64,000 bases of DNA from Mobula hypostoma (taxonomy: Eukaryota): positions 34,722,001 to 34,786,000 of the forward strand of contig NC_086097.1 in assembly GCF_963921235.1 (NCBI RefSeq), written 5' to 3'. A program made the translations under genes and the position numbers. This document shows, piece after piece, positions 24,683 through 37,640 of this stretch. Position 1 is the stretch's first letter. Every line of letters starts with the position of its first letter. Below the pieces are notes generated by a model. That model saw nothing but the letters and a program-made list of their open reading frames with translations, made no database searches and was not told the origin of the DNA.

Positions 24683-26809
24683 ATCAACATAAGCTCCATT
24701 TGTTAACAATTCAAAAACCAGAAAAATTACGCACTACAAATTAGAATTATACTTAGAGAAAAGAAAAACAATTCCACCAAAATGTATTAAGCTTAACTCA
24801 AAGTAATAGTCCAAAAGAAAAGATATGAACTAAGAAAGACTCAAACAAAGTTTACCCAGTAACCTACCCACGAGAAACTATGGATAAAAATTCACTGACT
24901 TGGAAAAAGAAAAAAAAGTACTTGTCCATCATTTTGACTAATCAAACCAAGTCTGAGGAAATGGAAGTAGCAGGGAGACTTTCGATAAATTTCTGAGCTT
25001 CTGTAACCAAGTTAAACCACGTTTTTTCTCCGGTAGCAAGAGTTATTCGGAGACGAGCTGGAAAACGCAGAGAGGGCCCGAGTCCACGATTGTAGAACTC
25101 TTTCATGACTCCTTTATATTCTGCTTGTAGACTCAGAACTTGGGGAGTATAATCCTCGACAATACAGATAGATTGACCCTTGTACAGGTTTCCCCCGCCA
25201 TCTGAAGGTAGAGCGTTCCTATGAAACGGTTCGTAAGCCAGAAGGTCGTAAAGCGCAGAAGCAATTACCATTTATTTATATGGGAAAAATTTGTGAGCAT
25301 TTGCAGACCCAAAAATAACCTACCAAATTGTGCCAAATATCACATAAAACCTAAAATAACAGTAACATATAGTAAAAGCAGGAATGATATGATAAGTACA
25401 CAGCCTATATAAAGTAGAAATACTTCTCTACAATCATTGCCTGCACTGTTCTCCGTAGCGAAAATCTCACCAAGCTCTCTCGGCAGAAACACTCTCTCCA
25501 GTAAACCTTTAAGCTATGAAGCTGCCAAATCATACCAAATAACACATAAAAATACACAGCCTATATAAAGTAGAAATAATGTGTGTACAGTGTAGTATCA
25601 CTTACCGGAATCGAGAAGTCAGCGCTGAGTGCAGTTGAGTCATCGCAGGCTGGGTGGTGCAGTGGCCCCCACCCTCCAGGCCGCCGACTGATACATTGCT
25701 GCAAAGCATGCAGGGGTACAGCGGTGGCCGGGACGCACCCAGCACATCTTTAAGAGAAAAGCCAAAATAAACAAGCTAATTAATTAGGTGCCGCCCGGCA
25801 CGTAAATGTCGGCCCAGATCAGAGGCGACGCAATCGGTAATTGCCTCTGATCTGGGCCGACATTTACATGCCGGGCGGCACCTAATTAATTAGCTTGTTT
25901 ATTTCAGCTTTTTTTCTTAAAGATGTGCTGGGTGCCTCCTGGCTATGGCTGCATTCTCCGCGAATCGGTATCTGTCCGCGGCCCAGGGGTTGGGGTGATG
26001 GGACACTGGGCTGTCATCTCATCGTCGTCTGTTTCCATTAGGGCAGGCAGGTCATCTTCTATGTCTGCCTGCCTCGATGTCGAAGGTCGAGGTTCGTCGT
26101 CTGCTGTGGCTGATGTGGAAGGCTTGCTTGACTGTTAGCCTTGCGATTTTTCTATCATACAGTTCTTCGTAAGTACTCAAACATCTTGCAAATATGCCCT
26201 ACACCGACGTACCCTTTCAAAATTAAAGTCGTACTTTTCTGCAATTATTGCAGTGAAAATCTCACGCAGTTGCTTCACGTTCAGTTCCTGGACGACTTCA
26301 CTTTCGGTCCACTCACTACTGCATTCGGTTTCGATTGCTATCCTTTCCTCTTCCAATTGCATCAGCTCTTCATCTATCAGTTCTTCGTTATGCAATGCCA
26401 AAACCTCTTCAACATCATCTTCGTTAACTTCCACAAGCCAAACTCACTTTGTCCTTACTTCGTTCACCACGATCAAAACGTTTAATTATGTCTAGTTTTA
26501 CGCTAAGTGTAGCACCCTTACAAGCTCTTTTAGGCTTTTCTGATACCTTAAACTCATCTTGCAAACGGACGCTCACAGGCACATGTTTAAGCAATGCCGG
26601 CTAGAATGCCGTTCCGAATCCGGGGGAGAGCAGCTGCTCGGGGCGCACGCTGCCTTTTTTCGTAACAGTGAAAACACCTTCTATTAGCGAAAACAGGGAA
26701 CTAATGTAGGTAAACAACAGGAATTCTGCAGATGCTGGAAATTCAAGCAACATACATCAAAGTTGCTGGTGAACGCAGCAGGCCAAGCAGCATCTATAGG
26801 AAGAGGCGC

Positions 26810-26845
26810 AGTCGACGTTTCAGGCCGAGACCCTTCGTCAGGACT
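26810..26845 (-). ncRNA. Minimal hammerhead ribozyme (PLE B, minus arm)
   Basis: Same motif as 6780..6815. Confidence 0.85.
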
Positions 26846-28018
26846 AACTGAAGGAAGAGTGAGTAAGGGATTTGAAAGCTGGAGGGGGAGGGGGAGATGC
26901 AAAATGATAGGAGAAGACAGGAGGGGGAGGGATAGAGCCGAGAGCTGGACAGGTGATAGGCAAAAGGGGATACGAGAGGATCATGGGACAGGAGGCCTAG
27001 GGAGAAAGACGGGGGGGGGTGACCCAGAGGATGGGCAAGAGGTATATTCAGAGGGACAGAGGGAGAAAAAGGAGAGTGAGAGAAAGAATGTGTGCATAAA
27101 AAGGAGTAACAGCTGGGGTACGAGGGGGAGGTGGGGCCTAGCGGAAGTTAGAGAAGTCAATGTTCATGCCATCAGGTTGGAGGCTACCCAGACGGAATAT
27201 AAGGTGTTGTTCCTCCAACCTGAGTGTGGCTTCATCTTTACAGTAGAGGAGGCCGTGGATAGACATGTCAGAATGGGAATGGGATGTGGAATTAAAATGT
27301 GTGGCCACTGGGAGATCCTGCTTTCTCTGGCGGACAGAGCGTAGACATGCCCTTACACTTCCTCCCTTACCACCATTCAGGGCCCCAAACAGTCCTTCCA
27401 GGTGAGGCATCACTTCACCTGTGAGTCGACTGGGGTGATATACTGCGTCCGGTGCTCCCGATGTGGCCTTTTATATATTGGTGAGACCCGACGCAGACTG
27501 GGAGACCGCTTTGCTGAACATCTACGCTCTGTCCGCCAGAGAAAGCAGGATCTCCCAGTGGCCACACATTTTAATTCCACATCCCATTCCCATTCTGACA
27601 TGTCTATCCACGGCCTCCTCTACTGTAAAGATGAAGCCACACTCAGGTTGGAGAAACAACACCTTATATTCCGTCTGGGTAGCCTCCAACCTGATGGCAT
27701 GAATATTGACTTCTCTAACTTCCGCTAGGCCCCACCTCCCCCTCGTACCCCAGCTGTTACTCCTTTTTATGCACACATTCTTTCTCTCACTCTCCTTTTT
27801 CTCCCTCTGTCCCTCTGAATATACCTCTTGCCCATCCTCTGGGTCACCCCCCCCCGGTCTTTCTCCCTAGGCCTCCTGTCCCATGATCCTCTCGTATCCT
27901 CTTTTGCCTATCACCTGTCCAGCTCTCGGCTCTATCCCTCCCCCTCCTGTCTTCTATCATTTTGCATCTCCCCCTCCCCCTCCAGCTTTCAAATCCCTTA
28001 CTCACTCTTCCTTCAGTT

Positions 28019-28054
28019 AGTCCTGACGAAGGGTCTCGGCCTGAAACGTCGACT
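28019..28054 (+). ncRNA. Minimal hammerhead ribozyme (PLE B, plus arm)
   Basis: agtcctgacgaagggtctcggcctgaaacgtcgact. Confidence 0.85.
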
Positions 28055-28641
28055 GCGCCTCTTCCTATAGATGCTGCTTGGCCTGCTGCGTTCACCAGCA
28101 ACTTTGAACTAATGTAGGTCTTTCATAACAGTGAGGTTTCGTAAAACGAACGTTCGAAAAGCGGGGAACACCTGAATTCCAACTTTCCTCTCTGACGTGC
28201 TTCCATAATCAAAAGGTTTTTCACCTTACAGCGATGAAAACAGAGAATTAATGGGTGTAGCCTATGGCCCAACTCCGGCTTAGGCGTAAAAGTACGGTGG
28301 ACTCGGAAGAATATCATTCCCAAAAATTTCACAAAGTAATGTAGAAAAAAATTCAACTGGGGATTCACTTTCGATAGCCTCTGGCAAGCCGAGGATTTGT
28401 AGATTTTGACGTCTGTTGCGACCTTCCAGATCCATAACTTTGGATATTAACTTGCTGTTATAATCCCTCAAGCTGGAGCAAGCGGTTCCCAAATCGTGAA
28501 AGCAGCGTTTTAAATCATCGGTAGCAGACTCAAGAAGAGAAAGACGTTTGGCATGAGCCTCCACTTTGGAATTAATTTGATCTAATTTGGATTCCAACGA
28601 ACCGAAAGAAGTCTTAAATTCAGACTTGAGTTCGAATACTA

Positions 28642-30232
28642 CAAACCCCATTTCCAGAAAAGTTGGGGTATTTTCCAAAATGCAATAAAAACAAAAATCT
28701 GTGATATATTAATTCACATGAACCTTTATTTAACTGACAGAAGTACAAAGAAAAGATTTTCAATAGTTTTACTGACCAACTTAATTGTATTTTGTAAATA
28801 TACACAAATTTAGAATTTGATGGCTGTAACGCACTCAACAAAAGTTGGGACAGAGTTAAAATAAGATTGAAAAGTGCACAGAATATTCAAGTAACACTGG
28901 TTTGGAAGACTCCACATTAAGCAGGCTAATTGGTAGCAGGTGAGGTATCATGACTTGGTATAAAAGTAGCGTCCGTCAAAGGCTTAGTCTTGGCAAGCAA
29001 GGATGGGTCGTGGCTCACCCCTTTGTGCCAAAATTCGTGAGAGAATTGTTAGTCAGTTCAATTTTTCAATGCAAGATTGCAGAGAATTTAGGTCTTTCAA
29101 CATCTACAGTACATAATATTGTGAAAAGATTCAGAGAATTCAGAGACACCTCAGTGCGTAAAGGGCAAGTTCGGAAACCACTGTTGAATGTGCGTGATCT
29201 TCGAGCCCTCAGGCGGCACTGCCTAAGAAACCATCATGCTACTGTGACAATTATAGCCACCTGGGCTCGGGAGTACTTCGGAAAACCATTGTCACTCAAC
29301 ACCGTCCGTCGCTGCATCCAGAAATGCAACTTGAAACTGTATTATGCAAGGAGGAAGTCATACATCAACTCTATGCAGAAACGCCGGCGAGTTCTCTGGG
29401 CCCGAGCTCATCTCAGATGGACCGAAAAACTGGAACGGTGTGCTGTGGTCAGATGAGTCCACATTTCAGCTAGTTTTCGGAAAAAACGGGTGTCAAGTTC
29501 TCCGTGCCAAAGATGAAAACGACCGTCCTGCTTGTTATCAGTGAAAGGTGCAAAAGCCAGCATCTGTGATGGTATGGGGGTGCATCAGTGCCCACGGCAT
29601 GGGTGAGTTGCATGTATGTGAAGGTACCATTAACTCTGAGGCGTATATTAGGATTTTAGAGAGACATATGTTGCCATCAAGGCGACGTCTCTTCCCGGGA
29701 CGTCCATGCTTATTTCAGCAGGACAATGCCAGACCACATTCTGCACGGGCTACAACAGAGTGGCTTTGTAGACACAGAGTGCGTGTGCTTGACTGGCCTG
29801 CTGCCAGTCCTGATCTATCTCCTATTGAAAATGTATGGCGCATCATGAAGAGGAGAATCAGACAACGGAGACCAAGGACTGTTGAGCAGCTGAAGTCTTA
29901 TATCAAGTAAGAATGGGCAAAATTTCCAATCGCAAATCTACTACAATGAGTATCCTCAGTTCCAAAACGATTATAAAGTGTTATTAAAGGAAAGGTGATG
30001 TAACACAATGGTAAACATGCCTCTGTCCCAACTTTTGTTGTGTATTGCAGCCATCAAATTCTAAATTTGTGTATGTTTACAAGATACAATTAAGTTGGTC
30101 AGTAAAACTATTGAAAATCTTTTCTTTGTACCTTTGTCAGTTAAATAAAGGTTCACCTGAATTAACATATCACAGATTTTTGTTTTTATTGCATTTTGGA
30201 AAATATCCCAACTTTTCTGGAAATGGGGTTCG
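28642..30232 (+). mobile_element. Tc1-like transposon with long (~200 bp) TIRs and a pseudogenised transposase
   Basis: TA-flanked TIRs caaaccccatttccagaaaagttgg...; HTH (IAENLGLSTSTVHNIVKRF), VLWSDES, FQQDNARPH, SPDLSPIENVW. Confidence 0.9.
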
Positions 30233-30889
30233 TATATCTTGTGGGTGCTGTTCCAAAATGGAAACTATCTGGGCAGAGGAACCAGCCGCAGGAATTTCTT
30301 TTTTCTCCAATTTGGTGGTCCTTAAAGCCATTGTAAGACACGCGTATTCGCAGACAGGAGGGGAAAAAAATTAATAATCTGGAGTTTAAAAAAAAAGGAA
30401 AGAAGAAGTACGGAGATAAGAAATAAAATGGAGTGACAGCTTTAAGTGACTAAACCATCGCCATCTTAACTGGAAGTCAATTAACACTGCTTAGTTCCTG
30501 CCTAATTTGGCCTACTCCAATTTAAAACTCTCCCACAAGGACTATACCTATCCTTATCTATAACTATCGGGAAAGTTAAGGAGTTGCAGTCACTGATTAC
30601 CCACTGAAAGGTTATTCACCTGGCCAGGCTCATTACCCAACACCAGGTCCAGTACGGCCCCTCCTCTCGTTGGATCATTCCACATATTGATTTAAGAAAC
30701 CTTCCTGGATACACTTAACAAATTCTGCCCCATCTGAACAACTTGCACTAAGAAGCTCCCAGTTTATATTAGAGATATTGAAACCCCCCATGACAACAAC
30801 CCTATTATTTTACACATTTCCTTAATCTGATTACATATCTGTTCCTCAATGTCCCAGGGACACTGTGCACAATTGTAGTTGTTGATTTC

Positions 30890-31430
30890 ATAAGAATGTT
30901 TACCAGGATGCTGCCTGCATTTGAGAGCATGTCTTATGAGGAAAGGTTGTGAGAACTTGCACTTTTCTCTTTGGAATAACAGGATGAGAGGTAACTTGAG
31001 AGAGGTAGATAAGATTATGAGAAGCATAGGGATAGTGGATAGTCAGGACATTTTTTCCCCCAGGGCAGCAATGACCAATACCAAAGGACATCTGTTTAAG
31101 GTGAAAAGTTTAGGGGAATTGTCAGGTAATTTTATTCTTACACAGAGTGGTGGATGCCATGGTTTGTGGTAGTGGCTGATACAATATAATGTATAAAAGA
31201 CCCTTTACATAGGCACGTGGATGTAAGAAAACTGGAAAGTTATGAACAGGAGAAAATCTGCAGATGCTGGAAATCTAAGCAACATAAAATGCTGGAGGAA
31301 CTCAATAGACCAGGCAGCATCTATGGAAAAGAGTAAGCAGTCGACATTTCGAGCTGAGACACTTCATCGAGACTGGGGTTATGAGCTGTATCGGGGGGGG
31401 GGTTAGATTAATTATTCTGTGTTCTAATGA
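30890..31430 (+). mobile_element. CR1 3' fragment with an older PLE hammerhead-tail fragment inserted at ~31245..31376 (-)
   Basis: CR1-like C-terminal peptide; insert ...gcagtcgacatttcgagctgagacacttcatcgagact flanked by gttatga repeats. Confidence 0.6.
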
Positions 31431-31635
31431 TGGATTTCAAATTAAATCTGTTGAGTTCCTTAGTCTTAACAATTCAGAGCTAGAAACTTGAACTGTTGGG
31501 TCAGCTACTGAATACATCAAATTTTGAGCTGGGGATTTGGAGAACAATTTTGCTGCATAAAAATAAGATGGAATTGTCTATTTTACTTCTGTGCTTATTT
31601 ATCTCATTTAAGATCGTGGAGGGATAAGCTCAGTC

Positions 31636-32802
31636 ATGGAGGACGTTGAACAGTGGTTTCATGACCTGCGCATTGCAAAGCGATCTACACAGAAAACTGA
31701 AGATTCAACCTACCTGCTGGATATTGACTGCATAAAGTCACCCACTGATCAGAATAGTCAATTAGTTGCTGTTTTGTGTTCCAACCACCGTATCCGTGTC
31801 TACAATAAACAGACTCTGGCTCTGCTTCAACAGTTCCAAGGCCACTCTGCTCCTATTAGTGGGATAAGATTCGCAACAACGAACAGCCATTTACTATTCT
31901 CTGCTTCTTGTGATGGGACGCTGAAGTGCTGGGATGTGCGTTTATCTAGCACGGAGGCAGTGCAGATTTATAAAGGCTATCCTAATAATGCATTTACCAG
32001 CTTTGATATTAGCTGTAATGATGTAGTTATCTGTGCTGGAACGGAAAAGATTGAGGAAGATACTTACATGGTTTTCTGGGATGCCCGAAGTGGAACCAAC
32101 ACTGATAGTACTGGAGGTCAAGAACCTCTTGGGGTTTATTCAGAGACCCACAACAATGATATCACGCAAATCCGTTTCCATCCCTCCAATCCCAACATGG
32201 TGGCTTCAGGCTCAACCGATGGATTGGTCAATGTTTTTGACATCAGCCAAGAAACTGAAGACGATGCTCTCCTTGCAACTTGCAACTCTGATTCTTCAGT
32301 CAGTTTTGTTGGTTGGTCTGGTAGTCAGTGGGAGCAGATATTTTGCTTGACCCATGACGAAGGTTTCTTTCTGTGGGATCTTGACCATCTCCATAACGAT
32401 GAGCCCATCACACTTGTTAAAATGCAGGATGCCAGAGAGAGCTTGAAATTGGACAGTGGCCACTTGGACTACCTGATTGGAGGGCTTTACCACAAGGAAG
32501 CTGATAGTTTGTTCGTATTAGGTGGCAGCCATAAGGGGAAACTTCACTTCCTAAAATGTGAAGCTGGTGCCCTTGCCCACATGAATTCACTACATGACGG
32601 ACACTCAGCAACAGTTCGTGCCTTTTACTGGGATGTTGAAGATAATTCTTTACTGACGTGTGGGGAAGACTCTCAGCTAGTTTTATGGAAACCAAATGCC
32701 ATAGAAACGACCACAGAAAAGAAGATAGCAATGAAGCTTCCATCAGATGTGCATCGAAAAATGAGAGTTCACAGTAAAATTACTTACAAAAGCAAGAAAT
32801 AA
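31636..32802 (+). CDS. WDR89: WD repeat-containing protein 89, 388 aa, single coding exon
   Basis: Intact WD40 ORF with WDR89-like motifs (YLLDID, SFDISCND...CAGTE, LGVYSETHNNDITQIRFHP, SGSTDGLVNVFD, CLTHDEG, GHSATVRAF). Polypyrimidine tract and acceptor AG at 31611..31612; AATAAA at 32871 and 33416. Confidence 0.93.
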   Translation: MEDVEQWFHDLRIAKRSTQKTEDSTYLLDIDCIKSPTDQNSQLVAVLCSNHRIRVYNKQTLALLQQFQGHSAPISGIRFATTNSHLLFSASCDGTLKCWDVRLSSTEAVQIYKGYPNNAFTSFDISCNDVVICAGTEKIEEDTYMVFWDARSGTNTDSTGGQEPLGVYSETHNNDITQIRFHPSNPNMVASGSTDGLVNVFDISQETEDDALLATCNSDSSVSFVGWSGSQWEQIFCLTHDEGFFLWDLDHLHNDEPITLVKMQDARESLKLDSGHLDYLIGGLYHKEADSLFVLGGSHKGKLHFLKCEAGALAHMNSLHDGHSATVRAFYWDVEDNSLLTCGEDSQLVLWKPNAIETTTEKKIAMKLPSDVHRKMRVHSKITYKSKK

Positions 32803-34506
32803 GAACAACAGGCAAATCTTTGTGTTTGCCATAGCTGACTTCCAGGAGATTAAATTCTGCTTTGCTGAGAAATAAACAATTCTTCATAAATATTGGGAGT
32901 TCAGCCATTCTATGGCTACTAATATGCAAATTTTATTTTGCATCCAAACAATGTGCTTTTAATTGGATAAACCTCATGCAAAGCAATAACATTCAAGAAG
33001 ATAGCAAGTATTGGAGTTTCATCTGCTTAAGTCTGGTTTTCTTATTTTAACATTAAAAGCATATCCTTATATCTTTTTTTTAGCACTGAATGGTAAAATT
33101 ATATTTTTACAAGCATTTTCTATTGGAATATACCTTGTGTTACTGGTGATTCAAAGTATTGATGGCACATCAGTGAAAAAATTCAAACAAATTGGTTGTA
33201 CAAGGCAATTGATTTTATTTATTTGTAACTCATTAAAAGTAAATTATTCATTTCTGTAGGGGACTGTCAGTCTTCTGTGTTCACCGTGATCTTGTGCACA
33301 TTTTCCATGGATAATTGTACATGTTAAATGTGGAGCAGAGCAATATTTTATCTTTTAAATGGACCATTCCCTCATTGCCAATGAAATTGTTCTGCTTGGG
33401 AGAAACTGACCTAGCAATAAACACTTCTAGTTGGAGTAGCATTCTCTGCTACCCATCACATTGATAAGATATTTCCTAATTCCCTTCGAAAATAATCTCT
33501 TTGTGGTTTTAAGATTATGGGCCCTTCTGTGTGATGCTTCAGAGGAAATAATTCCCAGTCTATCCTGTACAAAAGCTCTTGCCACTGAGATGGTTGAAGA
33601 ATATTCTAATAAAGGGACTAGTCTTTCAAATTGTCCTCGGTTTTTAAATCGTGGTTTGATTCCAGTGAAGACACACCTAATTTTCCTTAAGTGGAGTATT
33701 CCAATAGCAGTGCTTCAGATGAGAACTAATTTCGCTTCCATATAACTCGAGCCCTACCCATTGGCACAGTATTTTACTGCCCATTTCTTTACCTGTGTAC
33801 AATGTCAAGCTTTAAAACTGTATCAACTGAGCAAATGTTCCCATTTTTCTTTTTGTCATCCAAAGTGAATGACCTATTTTGATCTATGTCTGCTGTTACT
33901 TTAGCCAAGCATTTAATCAGTGGCCTGCCATAACTTTGCGCTCCCATCCACGCAATTTAACAATTCTCCACTCTGTGTCATTCACAGCTCTCACTTGAAG
34001 ATGTTTACAGCCCTTGGTTGAAAGATGAGCCTCCTGAGTACTAACAACATAAGTCATTTTTGGATCAAGCTAAGTGATACATATTTGAAACAGCTAGCCA
34101 CTAAAAGTGCACTCATGAATATTTTTTATAAAAAAACTTAAACTTCAGTACTGATGTCTTTTGCTGAGCTAGGAGTCAGAACATTCTGGAAAGCCAGTTG
34201 ACTTTTTTAAAAAGTGCATTTGGAATTGAGGCTATTTTTCATTTTTATTTAACGACTGGAAAAACTTTCTCTGAAATCATTTCAATTCTGAACTAATTCC
34301 AAAACCACAGAAGGATCTCACTACAATCTGTCCACCTGTTTTACATCCCCTTCCTTGTCTTACTGAGCGGCAAATGTCTGACCCACAAGCGGGGACCAGC
34401 CTTGGGGAGAGATGATCGGTGACTCAGATAGAATTGCTAACAATTTTTGGGTGATGACTAGTTTAATGTTCCGGTTAAATGCAAGCCACAACTATAGGGT
34501 TAAATA

Positions 34507-35930
34507 AGGTGGCATGCAAAAGTTTGGGTACCCCTGGTCAAAATTTCTGTTACTGTGAATAGCTAAGCGAGTAAAAGATGAACTGATTTCCAAAAGGTAT
34601 AAAGTTAAAGATGACACAGTTCTTTACTATTTTAAGCAAGAGAACTTTTTTATTTCCAGCCTTTACAGTTTCAAAATAACAAAAAAGGAAAAGAGCCCAA
34701 AGCAAAAGTTTGGGCACCCTGCATGGCAGTACTTAGTAACACCCCCTTTGGCAAGTATCACAGCTTGTAAACGCTTTTTGTAGCCAGCTAAGAGTCTTTC
34801 AATTCTTGTTTGGGGAATTTTCGCCCATTCTTCCTTGCAAAAGGCTTCTAGTCCTGTGAGATTCTTGGGCCGTCTTGCACTGCTCTTTTGAGGTCTATCC
34901 ACAGATTCTTGATGATGTTTAGATCAGGGGACTGTGAGGGCCATGGCCAAACCTTCAGCTTGTGCCTCTTGAGGTAGTCCATTGTGAATTTTGAGGTGTG
35001 TTTAGGATCATTATCCTGTTGTAGAAGCCATCTTCTTTTCATCTTCAGCTTTTTAACAGATGGTGTGATGTTTGCTTCCAGAATTTCCTGGTATTTAATT
35101 GAATTCATTCTTCCCTGTACCATTGAAATGTTCCCCGTGCCACTGGCTGCAACACAAGCCCAAAGCATGATCGATCCACCCCCGTGCTTAACAGTTGGAG
35201 AAGTGTTCTTTTCATGAAATTCTGCCTCCTTTTTTCTCCAAACATACCTTAGCTCATTGCGGCCAAAAAGTTTTATTTTTACTTCATCAGTCCACAAGAC
35301 TTGTTTCCAAAATGCATCGGGCTTGTTTAGATGTTCCTTTGAACCTTTTGAACAGAACTTTTTGGCCGTCTGTAAAAAAAAAAGCCGAAGATGAGAAGAG
35401 GATGGCTTCTACAACAGGATAATGATCCTAAACACACCTCAGAATCCACAATGGACTACCTCAAGAGGTGCAGGCTGAAGTTTTTGCCATGGCCTTCGCA
35501 GTCCCCTGACATAAACATCATCCAGAATCTGTGGATAGACCTCAAAAGAGCAGTATATGCAAGACGGCCCAAGAATCTCTCAGAACTAGAAGCCTTTTGC
35601 AAGGAAGAATGGGCAAAAATCCCCCAAACAAGAATTGAAAGACTCTTAGCTGGCTACAAGAAGTGTTTACAAGCTGTGATACTTGCCAAAGGGGGTGTTA
35701 CTAAGTACTGCTATGCAGGGTGCCCAAACTTTTGCTTTGAGCCCTTTTCCTTTCTTGTTATTTTGAAACTGTAAAAGATAGAAATAAAAAAGTTTTCTTG
35801 CTTAAAATATTAAAGAAATGTGTCATCTTTAACTTTATGCCTTTTGGAAATCAGGTCATCTTTAACTCGCTTAGCTATTCCCAGTAACAGAAATTTTGAC
35901 CAGGGATGCCCAAACTTTTGTATGCCACTG
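34507..35930. mobile_element. Tc1 derivative made of two inverted 3' halves
   Basis: QQDNDPKHT and SQSPD.NII.NLW are encoded on both strands; terminal TIR cagtggcat.caaaagtttggg on both sides. Confidence 0.85.
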
Positions 35931-37640
35931 TATATACGAAGAGATTACATGGAGCTAGAGCCAGAAAATATTTCCTCAGGCAAAGCACAATTGACACTAG
36001 GCATAATCTTCCAAGTAAGATGGTGGAGGCAGGAAGTCTGGAGCTACTCGGGAGGTAATGGTTTGCTGTAAGGGAAGTCCACAGATTTTCCAAGAATGGG
36101 TGAAAAATGTAGTCTCTCCTTTCATACTGATCTTTGCACGTCATCTAATGTAGGAACACAAGTGTGGTACCGGAAATGGCCTTTTAACAAGAACATTGTG
36201 AACATCCAATCAGTAGACATTTTGTCACTCATGAATGATGGGCACATTCCGTTCATTGCAAGTGCAGTGATTCACAGATAATATGAGAACGCTGGTGAAA
36301 GGTTAGAGAATATTATTTAGATCTCTAAGACAGCTGTGAAAGCTTAACAGATGAAATCAGGTGCAACATTGTCATTAGTGATGTGGGAAATGAGCTGATG
36401 TAAAACGGATACAGCTCACACCATCCCACTAGGCACTAGCCCTGACCTGACCTCTCAGAGATGCTGAATTTCTTCATACCTTGTTTGAAATTGTCATTGT
36501 AAACCACCTTTGGGCTTCCTTTGATTCACAGCAGACCTCATTCTGCTAAATGCTGTCCTCTGTAGCTGACTTGTTTTGAGGCGTGATCTCCATCAGTCTG
36601 AGCCTGGAACACCTGTAAGCATCCAGTGTTACCCACAAATACTGGGCACATTCTTTCAAGGATCGTGTTCCTCTATATTCTTTGGTCCCAAGTGACCAGT
36701 GATTTTATGCAGTGCATTTGGTGCTCATGATGTGATCTTCCAATTAAGGAGGAATCAAATGCAGATCAAGTGACACCTTGCAGAATTCCTCCATTCACTC
36801 CTTCAGGCTGATTCTGAACTTCCAGTTGAACGGCACTTTAATTTTCCATCCCACGCCCATTCAAACCTCCTCGTCTTTAAACCCTTGATATATGCCAAAC
36901 TAACTTAACAGAATACTATTTTCTTTTCCAGTTAGGCGTGTGATAGCCTTTAGCTCTTGGCATTAATTTCAGCATACTCAGATTACGAACCTTTCCAGTC
37001 TTGCATCTCCCATTCCAACATTGTTTAGTGTTTGTTTCTTCCTGCTTACATCCACTTCAGTCTCTCTTGCTCTCAACACTGTCCCACCACCATTGCTTTC
37101 TGTGTAACTTAAAACCTACTTATTCTAGCTTTTAACTTATAAATTGCTAACGTCTCCCTGGTCTGATGAAAGATAATCGGCCTGAAATGCTTCCCCTGTG
37201 GTCACCCCCCACATTTGCTGCACAAAATATAAACATCCCAGGCCATAAAAGTGCACACTCCTCATCAGTAAGTGCTTCCACTACAGTATCTTGAATAACT
37301 TTACATAAATGTAGGCATTTCTTACTTGTATTTCTTAATTATATTAGACTGCAGTTTCAAAGTGACATAATCACCTCAGAACTCACTCAGACTTCTTCCG
37401 TAATTTCTCAGTGAAAGTTCAACATTATGATTTAGGAAGCCAAGGAGTATGGGGAGAAGTGGGAAAGGTGCTGTCAAGACTAAATTTGGATCAGCCATAA
37501 ATTGTCAATAATCTTATTGAGGGGCCAATCAGCATACTGGTCATCCATTTCCACACCTTATCACGACAGTGTCATTGACCTATTGGCATCGCATACCTTT
37601 TGCACACAGGTCACCATAACAGGTAAGTGATAGTAGCTGT

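Larger units (their letters stand above)
26712..28105. mobile_element. PLE insertion B: inverted doublet (minus arm 26712..27345, plus arm 27345..28105)
   Basis: TSD gaactaatgtaggt at 26698..26711 and 28106..28119; GIY-YIG C-terminus on both strands; 1-nt junction microhomology. Confidence 0.95.
25185..28174 (-). mobile_element. Tigger/pogo-like DNA transposon remnant nested in L1 ORF1, hosting PLE insertion B
   Basis: TA-caggtttcccccgc ... gcggggaacacctg TIRs; EVNEDDVEEVLALHNEELIDEELMQLEEE resembles a Tigger transposase C-terminus. Confidence 0.75.
19046..30478 (-). mobile_element. Full-length degenerate L1-clade LINE carrying four nested insertions
   Basis: 5' end gacttccagttaagatggcg; ORF1 pieces (DLEGRNRRQNLQILGLPE; YTPQVLS...RFPARLRIT); ORF2 EN (ISWNARGLN, FLQETH, GGDFN) and RT (GKSPGPDGF, RQGCPLSP, YADD); A-rich 3' end; TSD aattaacact at 19036..19045 and 30479..30488. 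Confidence 0.9.

Noticed and set aside
31636..32802. Intronless WDR89 ORF as a retrocopy
   Set aside because: WDR89 normally has a single coding exon; there is a splice acceptor just upstream and no poly(A)/TSD signature.
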